DNA of 64,000 nucleotides, taken from positions 197 to 64,196 of the forward strand of contig VGWJ01000012.1 of assembly GCA_016873635.1 (NCBI GenBank), in the 5' to 3' direction. Positions 11,642 through 20,840 of the stretch are shown here, piece after piece; the first letter of the stretch is position 1; each line of letters begins with the position of its first letter. A model generated the notes under the pieces. That model searched no databases. It had not been told where the DNA came from and was given only the letters and a program-made list of their open reading frames with translations. The position numbers were made by a program, and so were the translations under genes. The DNA comes from Lentisphaerota bacterium. Its GTDB lineage: Bacteria > Verrucomicrobiota > Kiritimatiellia > UBA8416 > VGWJ01.

Positions 11642-12079
11642 ATGAAGACCGGATCTCATCCCCGTCCCCGTTCCTCCTCCGCCTTCACGCTCATTGAAAT
11701 CCTCGTCACCGTCGTGATCCTTTCCGTGGGCATCGTGGCTGTGTTGAGCGCCTTCAACCAGGCCGTCGCGGCGCTGGGCGCCTCGAGCGAAGCGCTGGCC
11801 GCCGATCGCCTGATCACCGAACGCATGGACGCGCTGCGCGAGGCCGCTCTCGAAGCGGGCGACCCCCTGGGCAGGCGGTCTTCCGGCACGCTCAGCCTGC
11901 CGGCGGGCGTATACCGCTGGGAGGCCGAACTGACGCTCCTGAAGGAACTGCCTGAAATCCGGCGGGACGACGAGCCGCTGAAGGAAGCGGTCTACGAGGC
12001 GCGCGTGTCCGTCCGGCGCGAGGGGTCCGACAACGAACACGCCGCCGCGACGTACCTTCGCGCCGCCGGAGCACGGTGA
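11642..12079 (+). CDS. Minor pseudopilin (GspI-like).
   Basis: It has the AFTLIEILVTVVILSVG N-methylation/TM motif and is small. An AGGAG RBS precedes the ATG at 11642. Confidence 0.55.
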   Translation: MKTGSHPRPRSSSAFTLIEILVTVVILSVGIVAVLSAFNQAVAALGASSEALAADRLITERMDALREAALEAGDPLGRRSSGTLSLPAGVYRWEAELTLLKELPEIRRDDEPLKEAVYEARVSVRREGSDNEHAAATYLRAAGAR

Positions 12080-12097
12080 TTGGGCGAGGAGGCAGGG

Positions 12098-12796
12098 ATG
12101 ACGAGGATGGAGGGTCGCCCTCCGCGGCGACCGGGAACGCACGGCATGAAGACGGCATCTTTCCGATGGCGATCGAACGTCCCGGCCCATGCTCCCTCCG
12201 CCTTCACCCTGATCGAAATGCTCATCGTCACCGCGATTCTCGGCGTGGTCATTGCCGCGATCGTGGCCTGTCTGGCCGGCGGCCTGCGCGTGTGGGAATC
12301 GGCGCGACGCTTTGACAAGGTTGAGACCGAAGCGATGTTCGCCCTGGCCGCGGTGCAGAAGGACGTGATGAACGCCATACCTTTCTATGCCCTGCCTTTT
12401 CGCGGAAGCCCGGACGGAATGGCGTTTCCGTGCCTCGTGTCGGTCCTGTCGGGAGAGGGCGGGGAGGAGGTTGCCGTCGGGACCGCGGCCTATCGTCTGG
12501 ACTACGGGCGCGGCCGGCTCATCCGGCGGGCCTGGGCGTTTCCGCGGCCGGAGCCTCCCGAGCAGAACGCGGAGACGGTGGCCGGGCGCGTGCGCAACGC
12601 GCGGCTCTGGTATGCGCCGGATCCCGCGGACCGGACGGCGTCGGGCGGCGCCCAATGGCAGGACATCTGGCAGGACGCTTCGAATCTCCCGCGGCGCGTC
12701 AGGATTGATCTTGGGCTGGACGACGAAGGCGAGACGCGCACGTTCAGCCGCACGTTCGTGATTCCCGTTGTTCGCCCGGGGCAGGGCGGGGGGTAG
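12098..12796 (+). CDS. Minor pseudopilin (GspJ/GspH-like).
   Basis: It has the AFTLIEMLIVTAILGVVIAA prepilin motif. A GAGGAGG RBS lies 6 nt before the ATG at 12098. Confidence 0.55.
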   Translation: MTRMEGRPPRRPGTHGMKTASFRWRSNVPAHAPSAFTLIEMLIVTAILGVVIAAIVACLAGGLRVWESARRFDKVETEAMFALAAVQKDVMNAIPFYALPFRGSPDGMAFPCLVSVLSGEGGEEVAVGTAAYRLDYGRGRLIRRAWAFPRPEPPEQNAETVAGRVRNARLWYAPDPADRTASGGAQWQDIWQDASNLPRRVRIDLGLDDEGETRTFSRTFVIPVVRPGQGGG

Positions 12797-12945
12797 GGAG
12801 GGGAGTCTGTGGGTGCGTGGGTCTGTGAGTGTGCGAGTGCGGGAGTGTGCGGGTACGCGCGGGGAAGAGCCCGGATCCCTTCCCCTGCCCAACCACCCGC
12901 TCACACACCCAGACACCCACACACTCCCACAACTCCCCTGCGCGC
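12797..12945. repeat. GT-rich then CA-rich low-complexity inverted segment (alternating purine/pyrimidine, Z-DNA or slippage-prone).
   Basis: GGGAGGGGAGTCTGTGGGTGCGTGGGTCTGTGAGTGTGCGAGTGCGGGAGTGTGCGGG is followed by CCCTTCCCCTGCCCAACCACCCGCTCACACACCCAGACACCCACACACTCCC, at the gspJ/gspK junction. Confidence 0.35.
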
Positions 12946-13918
12946 CAGCGCGCTCATTCTCGCCCTGTGGACGCTCTTCTTCCTGGCCACGCTGGCGTTG
13001 GCGGTGGGCGCGTACGTGGGCGCCAACGTGGAGCTGGCGCGCCGCTTCAGCGCCGACACGGCGGCCTACGCCCTGGCGCGCGCGGCGATTGAGAAGGGCA
13101 TCATGCTGGCCGCGGCGGATACCAACGCCTGGGACGCCGCGGGCGAGCCCTGGCATTCCGAGGCGGAGTTCCGCGACGTGTCCCTGGGCGCCGGGACGTA
13201 CAGCGTTCTCACGGTGTCGCCTCTTCCGGACGGGGGTACGGCGACCAACTACGGCCTCTTCGACCAGGAGCGCCTTGTCAATATCAACACGGCGGACGCC
13301 GGCCTGCTGGCAGCCCTGTTCGAGGTGGGCGCGGGCGCGGAACGGTCGCGGGCGGAGGATCTGGCCGCGGCCGTCATTGACTGGCGCGATGCGGATGATG
13401 GCATGTTGACAGGAGGCGCCGAGGATGAATACTATCGTCGCTTGAGCCCGCCGTACCATTGTCACGACGGGCCGTTCGGAAGCATGCACGAAGTGCGGCT
13501 CGTGAAGGGCGTGGACGAGGAGCTTTTCCGCGGCATACGGGGTCTGGCGACGGTCCACGGCACGGGCAAGGTGAACGTCAACACCGCGCCGCTGCCGGTG
13601 CTGCTGGTTCTGGCCGCGGCGCAGGGCGGGTCGCGTCCCGTCGCCTCGTCGCTGGCCGCCAAGATCGTGCGGTTCCGCGAGGCCGGGAACGCGTTCCAGG
13701 TGCCGTCGCTCACGGAGATGGCGGGCCAGCTGAACGCGTTCAGCACGCTCTCGGGAGAAGAGGCGGACCTGCTGGCCAGGATGGCGCGGCGCTACATGGG
13801 CCTGGACGCGACGTGTTTTTCCGGCACGGCCCGCGGCGCGGCGGCGGGCGGCGAGCGGCTGATCGATTTTGTCTTTGACCGTCGCGACAGGGCATTGCTC
13901 TACTGGTACGAGCGGTAG
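12809..13918 (+). CDS. gspK: Minor pseudopilin GspK-like. The true start is uncertain, because the listed N-terminus runs through a GT/CA low-complexity tract.
   Basis: It has a GspK-like N-terminal segment (RASALILALWTLFFLATLALAVG) and the GSMHEVRLVKGV and GKVNVNTAP helix-hairpin-helix motifs typical of GspK. Confidence 0.6.
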   Translation: MGAWVCECASAGVCGYARGRARIPSPAQPPAHTPRHPHTPTTPLRASALILALWTLFFLATLALAVGAYVGANVELARRFSADTAAYALARAAIEKGIMLAAADTNAWDAAGEPWHSEAEFRDVSLGAGTYSVLTVSPLPDGGTATNYGLFDQERLVNINTADAGLLAALFEVGAGAERSRAEDLAAAVIDWRDADDGMLTGGAEDEYYRRLSPPYHCHDGPFGSMHEVRLVKGVDEELFRGIRGLATVHGTGKVNVNTAPLPVLLVLAAAQGGSRPVASSLAAKIVRFREAGNAFQVPSLTEMAGQLNAFSTLSGEEADLLARMARRYMGLDATCFSGTARGAAAGGERLIDFVFDRRDRALLYWYER

Positions 13919-13922
13919 CGAT

Positions 13923-15377
13923 ATGAGCGGGAGTTCCAGCGGTTCGGTGGTCGTTGTCGAGATAAGCAACGACTGGCTCAAGATCGCCCAGGCCGTGCCG
14001 CAGCGCGGCGGCGTGGCCCTCGCCAAGCTGCATCTGCAGCGTTTCGAAACGCTTGACGGATCCCTGGCCGGCGCCGTGTCCGCGGCCTTTGACCGCCTCG
14101 GCATCCCGCGCTCCGGCGTGGTGGCCTGTCTGCCGCGGCAGGTCGTGAACGTGCGCATGCTCGAGCTGCCTTCGACGGATCCGTCCGAGATCGCCGACAT
14201 GGTCGAGCTGCAGGCCGGCAAACAGACGCCTTACTCCCGCGACGAAATCGTCTCCGACTACCGGATCGTGGGTTCGCGCCGCGAGGGCTACAGCCGGATC
14301 GTGCTGGCCATCGTGCAGCGCAGCGCGCTGCGCCAGCGCTTCAGCATTCTTGAAGAAGCGGGCCTCGACGTGGATACGATGTCGGTGAGCTCGGAGGGCC
14401 TTCTGAACTGGCTGCGCGCCGTGGCGCCCGCGGAAGGCACGCGGGCCGTGCTGGACGTGGACTCCTACTTCTCGGACCTGTCGGTGGTGTCCGGCGGGCA
14501 GCTTCTTTTCACGCGCGGCATTCTGGTGGGCGCGAACCAGCTGGTGGACGACGCGGACCGCTGGAGCGGCAAGCTGGTTGACGAGATCAGGCGTTCGCTG
14601 GACGCCTTCCGCGGCGAGGCGCCGGGCAGTCCGCTTTCCGGCCTCATCGTGACCGGCGCCGCCGCGGCCGTGGACGGTCTTGGGGCGCGGCTCGGCGAAG
14701 CCCTGGGCATGGAAGTCGGCACGATGGATTCCCTGCGCGTCGCGGCCCGGCGCCCGGCCGAACCCGCGCTGGGCGAAGGGGATTTCCGGCGCGTTTCGCT
14801 CACGGCCCTGATCGGGATGGCGCTGGCCCCGGGCCGGCTGCAGCTCAACCTGGTTCCGGACTCCGTGCGCATGCGCAAGGGACTGGCGCTGAAAGCGCGC
14901 AGCCTGGCGACGCTGGGCATCCTGCTGATGAGCGCGCTTGTGGCGGCGTCGCTGCTGGCCAACGTGCGCATTTTCATGCTGCGCGAGCGCCTGGCGGGCA
15001 TCCGGCGCGAGTACGCGCGCACCGCGCCGGCCGCGGCCGAGGTGGAGAGCATGCGGCAGATGGTGGACCTGATCAGGGAGCGGCAGGACAAGCGCCTGGC
15101 GGCGGTGGCCGTCCTGAACGCGATCCACGCCGGCGTGCCGGAGAACGTGCTGCTGGACCAGGTGAGCCTCGAGCGCGGCGGACCGGAAGCGGACTCCGCG
15201 GGAACGGCGGTCGTGGAAGGCACCGCGGCCCAGAGGCGGGATATCAGCCGGCTGATCAAGAACCTGGAAAGCGCGGCGGAGTTCCGCGACGTCCGCGAAG
15301 GCGGCAGCACCGCCGCCGACAGCCGGACGCAGCGCTACCGGTTCCGGATCGTCTGCGCGATGGAGAACGAACCGTGA
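13923..15377 (+). CDS. Fused PilM-like actin-fold domain and PilN/GspL-like membrane domain (an inner-membrane assembly-platform component).
   Basis: The N-terminal ~330 aa resemble a PilM/GspL cytoplasmic domain (VVVVEISNDWLKIAQA...). One TM helix (LATLGILLMSALVAASLLANV) is followed by a PilN-like periplasmic region. Confidence 0.55.
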   Translation: MSGSSSGSVVVVEISNDWLKIAQAVPQRGGVALAKLHLQRFETLDGSLAGAVSAAFDRLGIPRSGVVACLPRQVVNVRMLELPSTDPSEIADMVELQAGKQTPYSRDEIVSDYRIVGSRREGYSRIVLAIVQRSALRQRFSILEEAGLDVDTMSVSSEGLLNWLRAVAPAEGTRAVLDVDSYFSDLSVVSGGQLLFTRGILVGANQLVDDADRWSGKLVDEIRRSLDAFRGEAPGSPLSGLIVTGAAAAVDGLGARLGEALGMEVGTMDSLRVAARRPAEPALGEGDFRRVSLTALIGMALAPGRLQLNLVPDSVRMRKGLALKARSLATLGILLMSALVAASLLANVRIFMLRERLAGIRREYARTAPAAAEVESMRQMVDLIRERQDKRLAAVAVLNAIHAGVPENVLLDQVSLERGGPEADSAGTAVVEGTAAQRRDISRLIKNLESAAEFRDVREGGSTAADSRTQRYRFRIVCAMENEP

Positions 15378-15928
15378 TACTCGACTGGCTGTCCAGGCTC
15401 AACGCGCGGGAGCGGCTGGGATTGACGGCCGCCGCGCTGGTCATCCTGGGAATGCTCGTGGACCGCCTGGCCGTGCAGGCGGTGGTGAACAGGTCGCGGG
15501 AGCTCAGTCGCGAGATCGCGCGGAGCGAAGCGGAGGTCGCCTACAACCTGCGCGTGCTGGCGGGCAAGGCGGCGGTTGAGACCGAATACCGGCGGCTGCT
15601 GGCCGCGATGGAAGCCGTGCAGTCGGAGGCGGAAGGCATTGACCGCATGAAGGATCAGATCGATGCGCTGGCGCGGGAAGCGGGCGTCAGGCTCGATTCA
15701 TGGGAGGAGCGGCGCCCCGAGAATCGAGGCGCCTACGACGAGCATTTTGTCGTGGTCAGGCAGTTCGATAGCGGCATGGACGGCGTGCTGCGTTTTCTCT
15801 ACGATGTGAGAAGCGCGCCGGGCCTGATGCGGGTCGAGCAGATACGGGTCGGACCGGTCCGGGACACGGATCGCATGCGCGGCAGCCTGCTGATCAGCAA
15901 GGTCTTTCGCAAGACCGAAACGAAGTAG
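15374..15928 (+). CDS. PilO/GspM-like bitopic membrane protein.
   Basis: Its GTG start overlaps the upstream stop (GTGA). It has an N-terminal TM (LGLTAAALVILGMLV), a coiled coil and a small C-terminal domain, and lies in the conserved position after PilM/N. Confidence 0.45.
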   Translation: MILDWLSRLNARERLGLTAAALVILGMLVDRLAVQAVVNRSRELSREIARSEAEVAYNLRVLAGKAAVETEYRRLLAAMEAVQSEAEGIDRMKDQIDALAREAGVRLDSWEERRPENRGAYDEHFVVVRQFDSGMDGVLRFLYDVRSAPGLMRVEQIRVGPVRDTDRMRGSLLISKVFRKTETK

Positions 15929-16113
15929 ATGGCCGCGCCGACGCGTTCGCCGGAGCTCGAAGGGCGCAGGGGAGAGCGCGGACCATGAACGCGCGCTGAC
16001 GCGGGGCGCAGCGCTTCCGCGCCGCGTCGGCGCGGGCGTGCGGCGCCGGCTTCAAGCGGTCCAAAGAGAGCGTGACGCGCGTGAGAACGACAACGGATCC
16101 GACAGTCTCCGGC

Positions 16114-17325
16114 ATGGACGCTCCGGTGGAGCGTCGTCTTGCGGCGGAGCGCGGGCGCACGAGCCGCGCGCTGTTCTGGCTGGGCGCCGTCTTCTTCCTT
16201 GTTCTGCTGCTGTCGCTGGCCGTCTTCATGGCCGTCAGCTTCTTCGCGCTGCGCAACGCGGCGGAAACGCGCCGGATCGCGTATGAAACCGACGCCCGGA
16301 CGGCCGCCTTTGCCTCGGACATCATCGGGGCGCAGGCGCGCGCCGACAAGGTGGAGGCGGACCAGCTCAACATGCGCGAAGCCCTCGATGAGACGCGCGG
16401 CGACGTGAAGCGCGAAGGCGAACAGTGGCGCATGGAGGTCGCGAAATTGCGCGAGCTGTTCGAATCCAGGCGCGAAACCGAGGGCAGCGCGATAGCCGGC
16501 ATGGCCACCGGGATCAAGGTGCTGGCCGACGGCGCCGCGGCGCGGGACGCGGCGCTGGCCGCCCTCGCGGACGAGGTGCAGGGACTGGCGACGGCCCTTC
16601 TGGCGCGGGCGGAGACGGCGCCCGCCGGGGCGCCCGCCGGGCCGGACGCGGCCGCGGCGGCTCAGCCGCCGGCCGCGCGCCGATCGCCGGGAGAAGCGGT
16701 CGTGACGGAGGACGCGCCGGAGCCGGCCGCGGCCGACGCCGGCGAAGAGGAGATCCGGGAAGTGGCCGTCATGACGTTCCCGAACGGCGACCGCTACGAG
16801 GGCGAGTTCGAAGACGGTCTTTTCAACGGCGAGGGGACCTACTACTACGCCAACGGCGACCGCTACGACGGCGAGTTTCGCGACGACATGAAGCACGGCC
16901 GCGGCATCTTGAAGTTCGCCAACGGCGACCAGTACAACGGCGAGTTCGCCAACGACCGGATGAACGGCGCGGGCACGATGATCTACGCCAGCCGCAACAA
17001 GTACGTGGGCGAATTCCGCAACGGCATGCGGCACGGCCGGGGTGTGCTCACTTTTCCCAACGGCGACCGCTACGAGGGGGAATTCCAGGACGACGTCCGG
17101 CAGGGCCGGGGCACGTACTCTTTCTCGGACGGCTCCGTGTATGCGGGCGAATTCAAGAACGGCCGGCGGGACGGCAAAGGCCGCTACGTCTATCCCGACG
17201 GCTCCGTCTACGACGGCGAATTCAAGGACGGGCGGAAGCACGGCTACGCCGAGTGCATCTATCCCGGAGGAGAGCTGATCAAGGGCTACTGGGCTGACGA
17301 CCGCTTCGAACGCGCGGCCGAGTGA
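16114..17325 (+). CDS. Membrane-anchored MORN-repeat protein.
   Basis: It has an N-terminal TM, a coiled coil and an Ala/Pro-rich linker. Eight or more MORN repeats follow (YEGEF.DG...G.G; for example FPNGDRYEGEFEDGLFNGEGTYYYANGDRYDGEF). Confidence 0.7.
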   Translation: MDAPVERRLAAERGRTSRALFWLGAVFFLVLLLSLAVFMAVSFFALRNAAETRRIAYETDARTAAFASDIIGAQARADKVEADQLNMREALDETRGDVKREGEQWRMEVAKLRELFESRRETEGSAIAGMATGIKVLADGAAARDAALAALADEVQGLATALLARAETAPAGAPAGPDAAAAAQPPAARRSPGEAVVTEDAPEPAAADAGEEEIREVAVMTFPNGDRYEGEFEDGLFNGEGTYYYANGDRYDGEFRDDMKHGRGILKFANGDQYNGEFANDRMNGAGTMIYASRNKYVGEFRNGMRHGRGVLTFPNGDRYEGEFQDDVRQGRGTYSFSDGSVYAGEFKNGRRDGKGRYVYPDGSVYDGEFKDGRKHGYAECIYPGGELIKGYWADDRFERAAE

Positions 17326-17425
17326 CCTGTCCGAGCGCCGTGGAATTCGGAATCGGGACGGCAGCCCTGCCGGGGCGCGGCGAATCGACCGCATGACCGG
17401 TCAGAAAAAAAGCCCGAGTTTTGTG

Positions 17426-17454
17426 TTGACCTTAGGCGGCTTGGATGGGATACT
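17426..17454 (+). promoter_or_regulatory. Candidate sigma70-like promoter for the downstream secreted-protein genes.
   Basis: TTGACC (17426-17431) is followed by a 17-nt spacer and GATACT (17449-17454), in the 300-nt lower-GC intergenic region. Confidence 0.25.
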
Positions 17455-17622
17455 ATTCTCGTCAATTACAGATCGCATTGCCGGTGAGAGGTGTGCGACC
17501 GGATCGAATAACAGCGGGGCGGGGTGAGACGGTCTTGTGTGCCACTGTCTTGCGGCTTGGCATGTCCCGCTATTTCTGATATTGCTACGCAACTACCAAC
17601 AACACAAACCGGAGTGGAGGTT

Positions 17623-18906
17623 ATGAGTTACACAAGAAGGTGCATAGGGCTGGCGCTTGCGCTGGGATTGGCGGCCCTCTACGGCGCCTACGCGGCCGAA
17701 ACTCTTCCGTTCGTGAACGGGTTTGAAACCGGCCTCGGCGCAAACTGGACCCAGTCCGGAGACGGTACGGCGACCGTGAGTTCCGCCGCGGCCAAAGTGG
17801 GCGGCAACGGTCTGTCCGTATCCAACAAGGTGGTGACGCTCAGCGCGGGAGGCGGTTCAGGCGACACCAACGTCTGGGTCCATCTCATGGCCAAGCCCGC
17901 GGTGAGCGACGATAGTCCGTCAATGTCCGGCATCACAAGCGCGGCGTTCTACCTCAAGAACGACAAAAGCCTGATGGCGTACACGGGCGGCGTGTGGACG
18001 GCGGTGCAGAGCAATGTGCCGTCCAATACGTGGCTCGGGTTCGTGGTCCATCTGAACTACATCGACGGCATTTGGGACCTGTTCGTGTGCCAGAACCCGA
18101 CCGGTACGAACGACGTGTTCGCGCGGGTTGGCACAAGCCCGTTGTACATGGGGACTGCCCGTTCGAACCGGCTGAGCGAGGTCGTCGTCGATTCCGAAAT
18201 CGCGATGTCCCTTGATGTCGTGGGCGGGTCGTACGGGTACACGCAAGTCGGCGCGGCGGAACTGGACACCGTGATGGTACGCTCCACCCATGCCGGCGTG
18301 GCGACCAACTTCGTTCCCAACATCGGCACGCATTCCAACGACGTGGACACGCTGTACGCCAGGCTGGGCAAGAACCTGTTGTCCGGCGTTCAGTTGAATG
18401 ACGAGCTTATGAACATCGGGACCAACGGGGCGAGCCTGTATCGCGTCGAAAATGTCGGCGGTGGCGTGCTGGCATGGGGCACGATCCAAGGCGCCCTTCC
18501 TGAGAATCTGCACTGGACCATGGGGACGGGCGGGACGCTGGTTCGCGGGGCCGGGAACAACGCCCTCGCGTTCATGGAATACGATGGCGCGCTGCAGGTT
18601 CCGCCTGCCAGCCAGACGGTCGGCGGCCCCGACTACGGCGGCGTCTATGGGTGGAACCAGGTGGTGAATCCGGAAGCCAATGGCACGCTGGAAGGAGGCG
18701 GTCATCTCACGGCCGACGCCGAGGAGATGTTCCCCGGCGCTGTACTGGGCGATGAAGTCTGGTGGAGAGACGGGAACAGTTTCCATCACTGGGTCTACCT
18801 GAGCACCGGATGGGACACCAGCCAGGGCAGCATCCCCGGCGGAGCGATGATGTGGTTCAGGCGCAGAGCTGACGGCACCGAAGATTGGGTTCCGAACATC
18901 AGATAG
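17623..18906 (+). CDS. Secreted hypothetical protein (signal peptide, Gly/Thr/Asn-rich, probably a beta-jelly-roll).
   Basis: The ATG is preceded by a GGAGTGGAGG RBS. The signal peptide is IGLALALGLAALYGAYAAE. No catalytic motif was recognised. Confidence 0.6.
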   Translation: MSYTRRCIGLALALGLAALYGAYAAETLPFVNGFETGLGANWTQSGDGTATVSSAAAKVGGNGLSVSNKVVTLSAGGGSGDTNVWVHLMAKPAVSDDSPSMSGITSAAFYLKNDKSLMAYTGGVWTAVQSNVPSNTWLGFVVHLNYIDGIWDLFVCQNPTGTNDVFARVGTSPLYMGTARSNRLSEVVVDSEIAMSLDVVGGSYGYTQVGAAELDTVMVRSTHAGVATNFVPNIGTHSNDVDTLYARLGKNLLSGVQLNDELMNIGTNGASLYRVENVGGGVLAWGTIQGALPENLHWTMGTGGTLVRGAGNNALAFMEYDGALQVPPASQTVGGPDYGGVYGWNQVVNPEANGTLEGGGHLTADAEEMFPGAVLGDEVWWRDGNSFHHWVYLSTGWDTSQGSIPGGAMMWFRRRADGTEDWVPNIR

Positions 18907-18932
18907 CACGTTACAGCAGGAGGACGGTTGCC

Positions 18933-19934
18933 ATGATACGATACACTGCAATGAATAAGACCATGGCGGCGGTTGCCGCCCTGGTCTGCACGGTGCTCCT
19001 GGCCGGGGTCGCGCCGGTTGGAGCGGTGACGGAAGCCGTCAACGCCGACAGGTATGACCCGGACCGTCTGGTGGGCGTGAGCTTCTCCGGAGGAACCGGC
19101 GGAACCATGACTCTTACCTTCGCCAAGATGAAGTCCACGGGTCCGGGCGCGATCTGGCCGTATGGCGCGGGGCTTGTGGTTTCAGGTCCGGGCAACGTGT
19201 TCAACGGCGACTACCGCAACGTGTCGCAGGTGTCAGTGCGCATTTCGGCGCAGGGCGCCTACGAACCACGCCAGCTTATACTGTTCATGTCCGTAGCGGG
19301 CAGCGGCGCCGAGTGGCAGTACTCACTCAGTGGCGCGGCCGCGGGGCAGGACGAGGTCGTTGCGCCGCTTCGGTTTGATGCCGGATGGAGGCTCTCCATC
19401 GGCGGCGGCACGGCCGAAGACTGGAACAACTGCATTAGCCAGGTTGCCAGGATCGGCCTGAGGATCTGTGCCGGAAGCAGTGCCGGGGCGCAGTCCTTCA
19501 CCGTTTCCGACTTCATGCTTGACGACGTGAGCGGCGCGGTATTCGTGCCCGAGCGCGTGCTGGCCTATTTCGGCGTGTCGAGCGCCTCGGAAATCACGGA
19601 AGCCATGATGGCGGCCGACGGCGACAACGATCAGGACGGCGTGAAGAACTACCTGGAGGTCTGGGCCGGCACCGACATGAACGGCGAGAACTCCGTGTTT
19701 GCCGCCAAGATCGTGGAAGTCAACGGCGACATCGTCACGCTGGAATGGCCGTACGCCACGGATCTCACCTACACCGTGCTGCGGGCCGCGAAACTGGGCG
19801 GCGGGTTCGGCGTCCTGGATGCGCGCGTGGACGCCGCCAATACGCTGACCACGGTCGTCGGGGACGAGATGCGGTACCTCGACGTCACCGCCAAGGAAGG
19901 CGAAGCGTGTTTCTACAAAGTCGTTATTGAATGA
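18933..19934 (+). CDS. Secreted hypothetical protein.
   Basis: An AGGAGG RBS precedes the ATG at 18933. The signal peptide is MNKTMAAVAALVCTVLLAGVAPVGA. It is Gly-rich (SGGTGGTMTLTF). Confidence 0.6.
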   Translation: MIRYTAMNKTMAAVAALVCTVLLAGVAPVGAVTEAVNADRYDPDRLVGVSFSGGTGGTMTLTFAKMKSTGPGAIWPYGAGLVVSGPGNVFNGDYRNVSQVSVRISAQGAYEPRQLILFMSVAGSGAEWQYSLSGAAAGQDEVVAPLRFDAGWRLSIGGGTAEDWNNCISQVARIGLRICAGSSAGAQSFTVSDFMLDDVSGAVFVPERVLAYFGVSSASEITEAMMAADGDNDQDGVKNYLEVWAGTDMNGENSVFAAKIVEVNGDIVTLEWPYATDLTYTVLRAAKLGGGFGVLDARVDAANTLTTVVGDEMRYLDVTAKEGEACFYKVVIE

Positions 19935-19969
19935 CCAGACATAACACCAAAGACAAGGAGGGGTTTCCT

Positions 19970-20752
19970 ATGAGAAGTACAAGTCTGCTGGCCGCGGCCG
20001 TCTTGATGGCGGTTGGCCTGGTGTCGGTCCAGGCCTCACCGATAGTGCTGCTGGAAGAGACGTGGGGCAGCGACGTCGGTGCATGGGACATGGATCTAGC
20101 CGGCAACTCCGACGCTGATGGCGACGATGGCGTGCTGTCGCACGCGGCAACCCTGGGCACCCATTCGGGGGTTCTGCAGATCAACGCAGACACCGATGGC
20201 CAGTTCGGGGTCATAAGGGACTACATAACGGATACGGGCGGCGCCGTGCACATGGCGCCGAACGTGAACTTCCAGACGCTTGGCGGCTGGGGGGTCGACA
20301 ACATCTCGTTCGATTTCCATAACGACCAGGTTGGGCCGGGGGCCGCCGCGCTGAGCCTGTACTTCCTGTCGAACGACGGCGGCGGCAACGATGTAATATG
20401 GTATTACAACTTCAACCCCGCCGATCTGGATCCCGGCTGGAACGACGACCTGTCGGTGGCCATGAACTGGACGGGCGGTGGAGCCGGCTTCGGCAGTTGG
20501 TACACGATCTATGGCGTCAACACTGCGCTGGGCTTCGCAGCGGCGTTGGAGGATGTGGACGAGATTGGGATCTTGCTCACATACCAGGACAACTTGGACG
20601 GTCAGATCTACGGTCTGGACAACTTCCAACTCAACGGGACGATCCCCGAGCCCGGCACATATGGCATGATCGGGTTCGCGCTGGTGTCGGTGGCCGCGAC
20701 GTTCCGCAGGAAGCTGAACGCCGCGTGGGCGGGGGTGCGCAGCAGAGCCTGA
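19970..20752 (+). CDS. Secreted PEP-CTERM-anchored protein (exosortase substrate type).
   Basis: An AAGGAGGGG RBS precedes the ATG. There is a signal peptide. The C-terminus IPEPGTYGMIGFALVSVAATFRRKL is a PEP motif followed by a TM helix and a basic cluster. Confidence 0.7.
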   Translation: MRSTSLLAAAVLMAVGLVSVQASPIVLLEETWGSDVGAWDMDLAGNSDADGDDGVLSHAATLGTHSGVLQINADTDGQFGVIRDYITDTGGAVHMAPNVNFQTLGGWGVDNISFDFHNDQVGPGAAALSLYFLSNDGGGNDVIWYYNFNPADLDPGWNDDLSVAMNWTGGGAGFGSWYTIYGVNTALGFAAALEDVDEIGILLTYQDNLDGQIYGLDNFQLNGTIPEPGTYGMIGFALVSVAATFRRKLNAAWAGVRSRA

Positions 20753-20778
20753 GGGATTTCAAGAGCGACGAAAGTGAC

Positions 20779-20815
20779 GGCCCCGGCATTCGCCGGGGCC
20801 GCTGCTTTTGTTGTG
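20779..20815 (+). terminator. Rho-independent terminator after the PEP-CTERM gene.
   Basis: A perfect 9-bp stem (GGCCCCGGC / GCCGGGGCC) with loop ATTC is followed by GCTGCTTTTGTTGTG. Confidence 0.5.
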
Positions 20816-20840
20816 CTCGTGACCGGGCGCTTCCGTGGCG

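Noticed and set aside
16425-17297. A 290-aa Arg/Gly-rich ORF on the plus strand.
   Set aside because: It is an alternative frame of the MORN-repeat gene. The repetitive nucleotide sequence gives a repetitive RG-rich artefact.
17385-17401. A small GACCG-CATGAC-CGGTC hairpin after the MORN gene, a possible terminator.
   Set aside because: The stem is only 5 bp and is followed by an A-tract rather than a T-tract on the coding strand, so it is not convincing as an intrinsic terminator.
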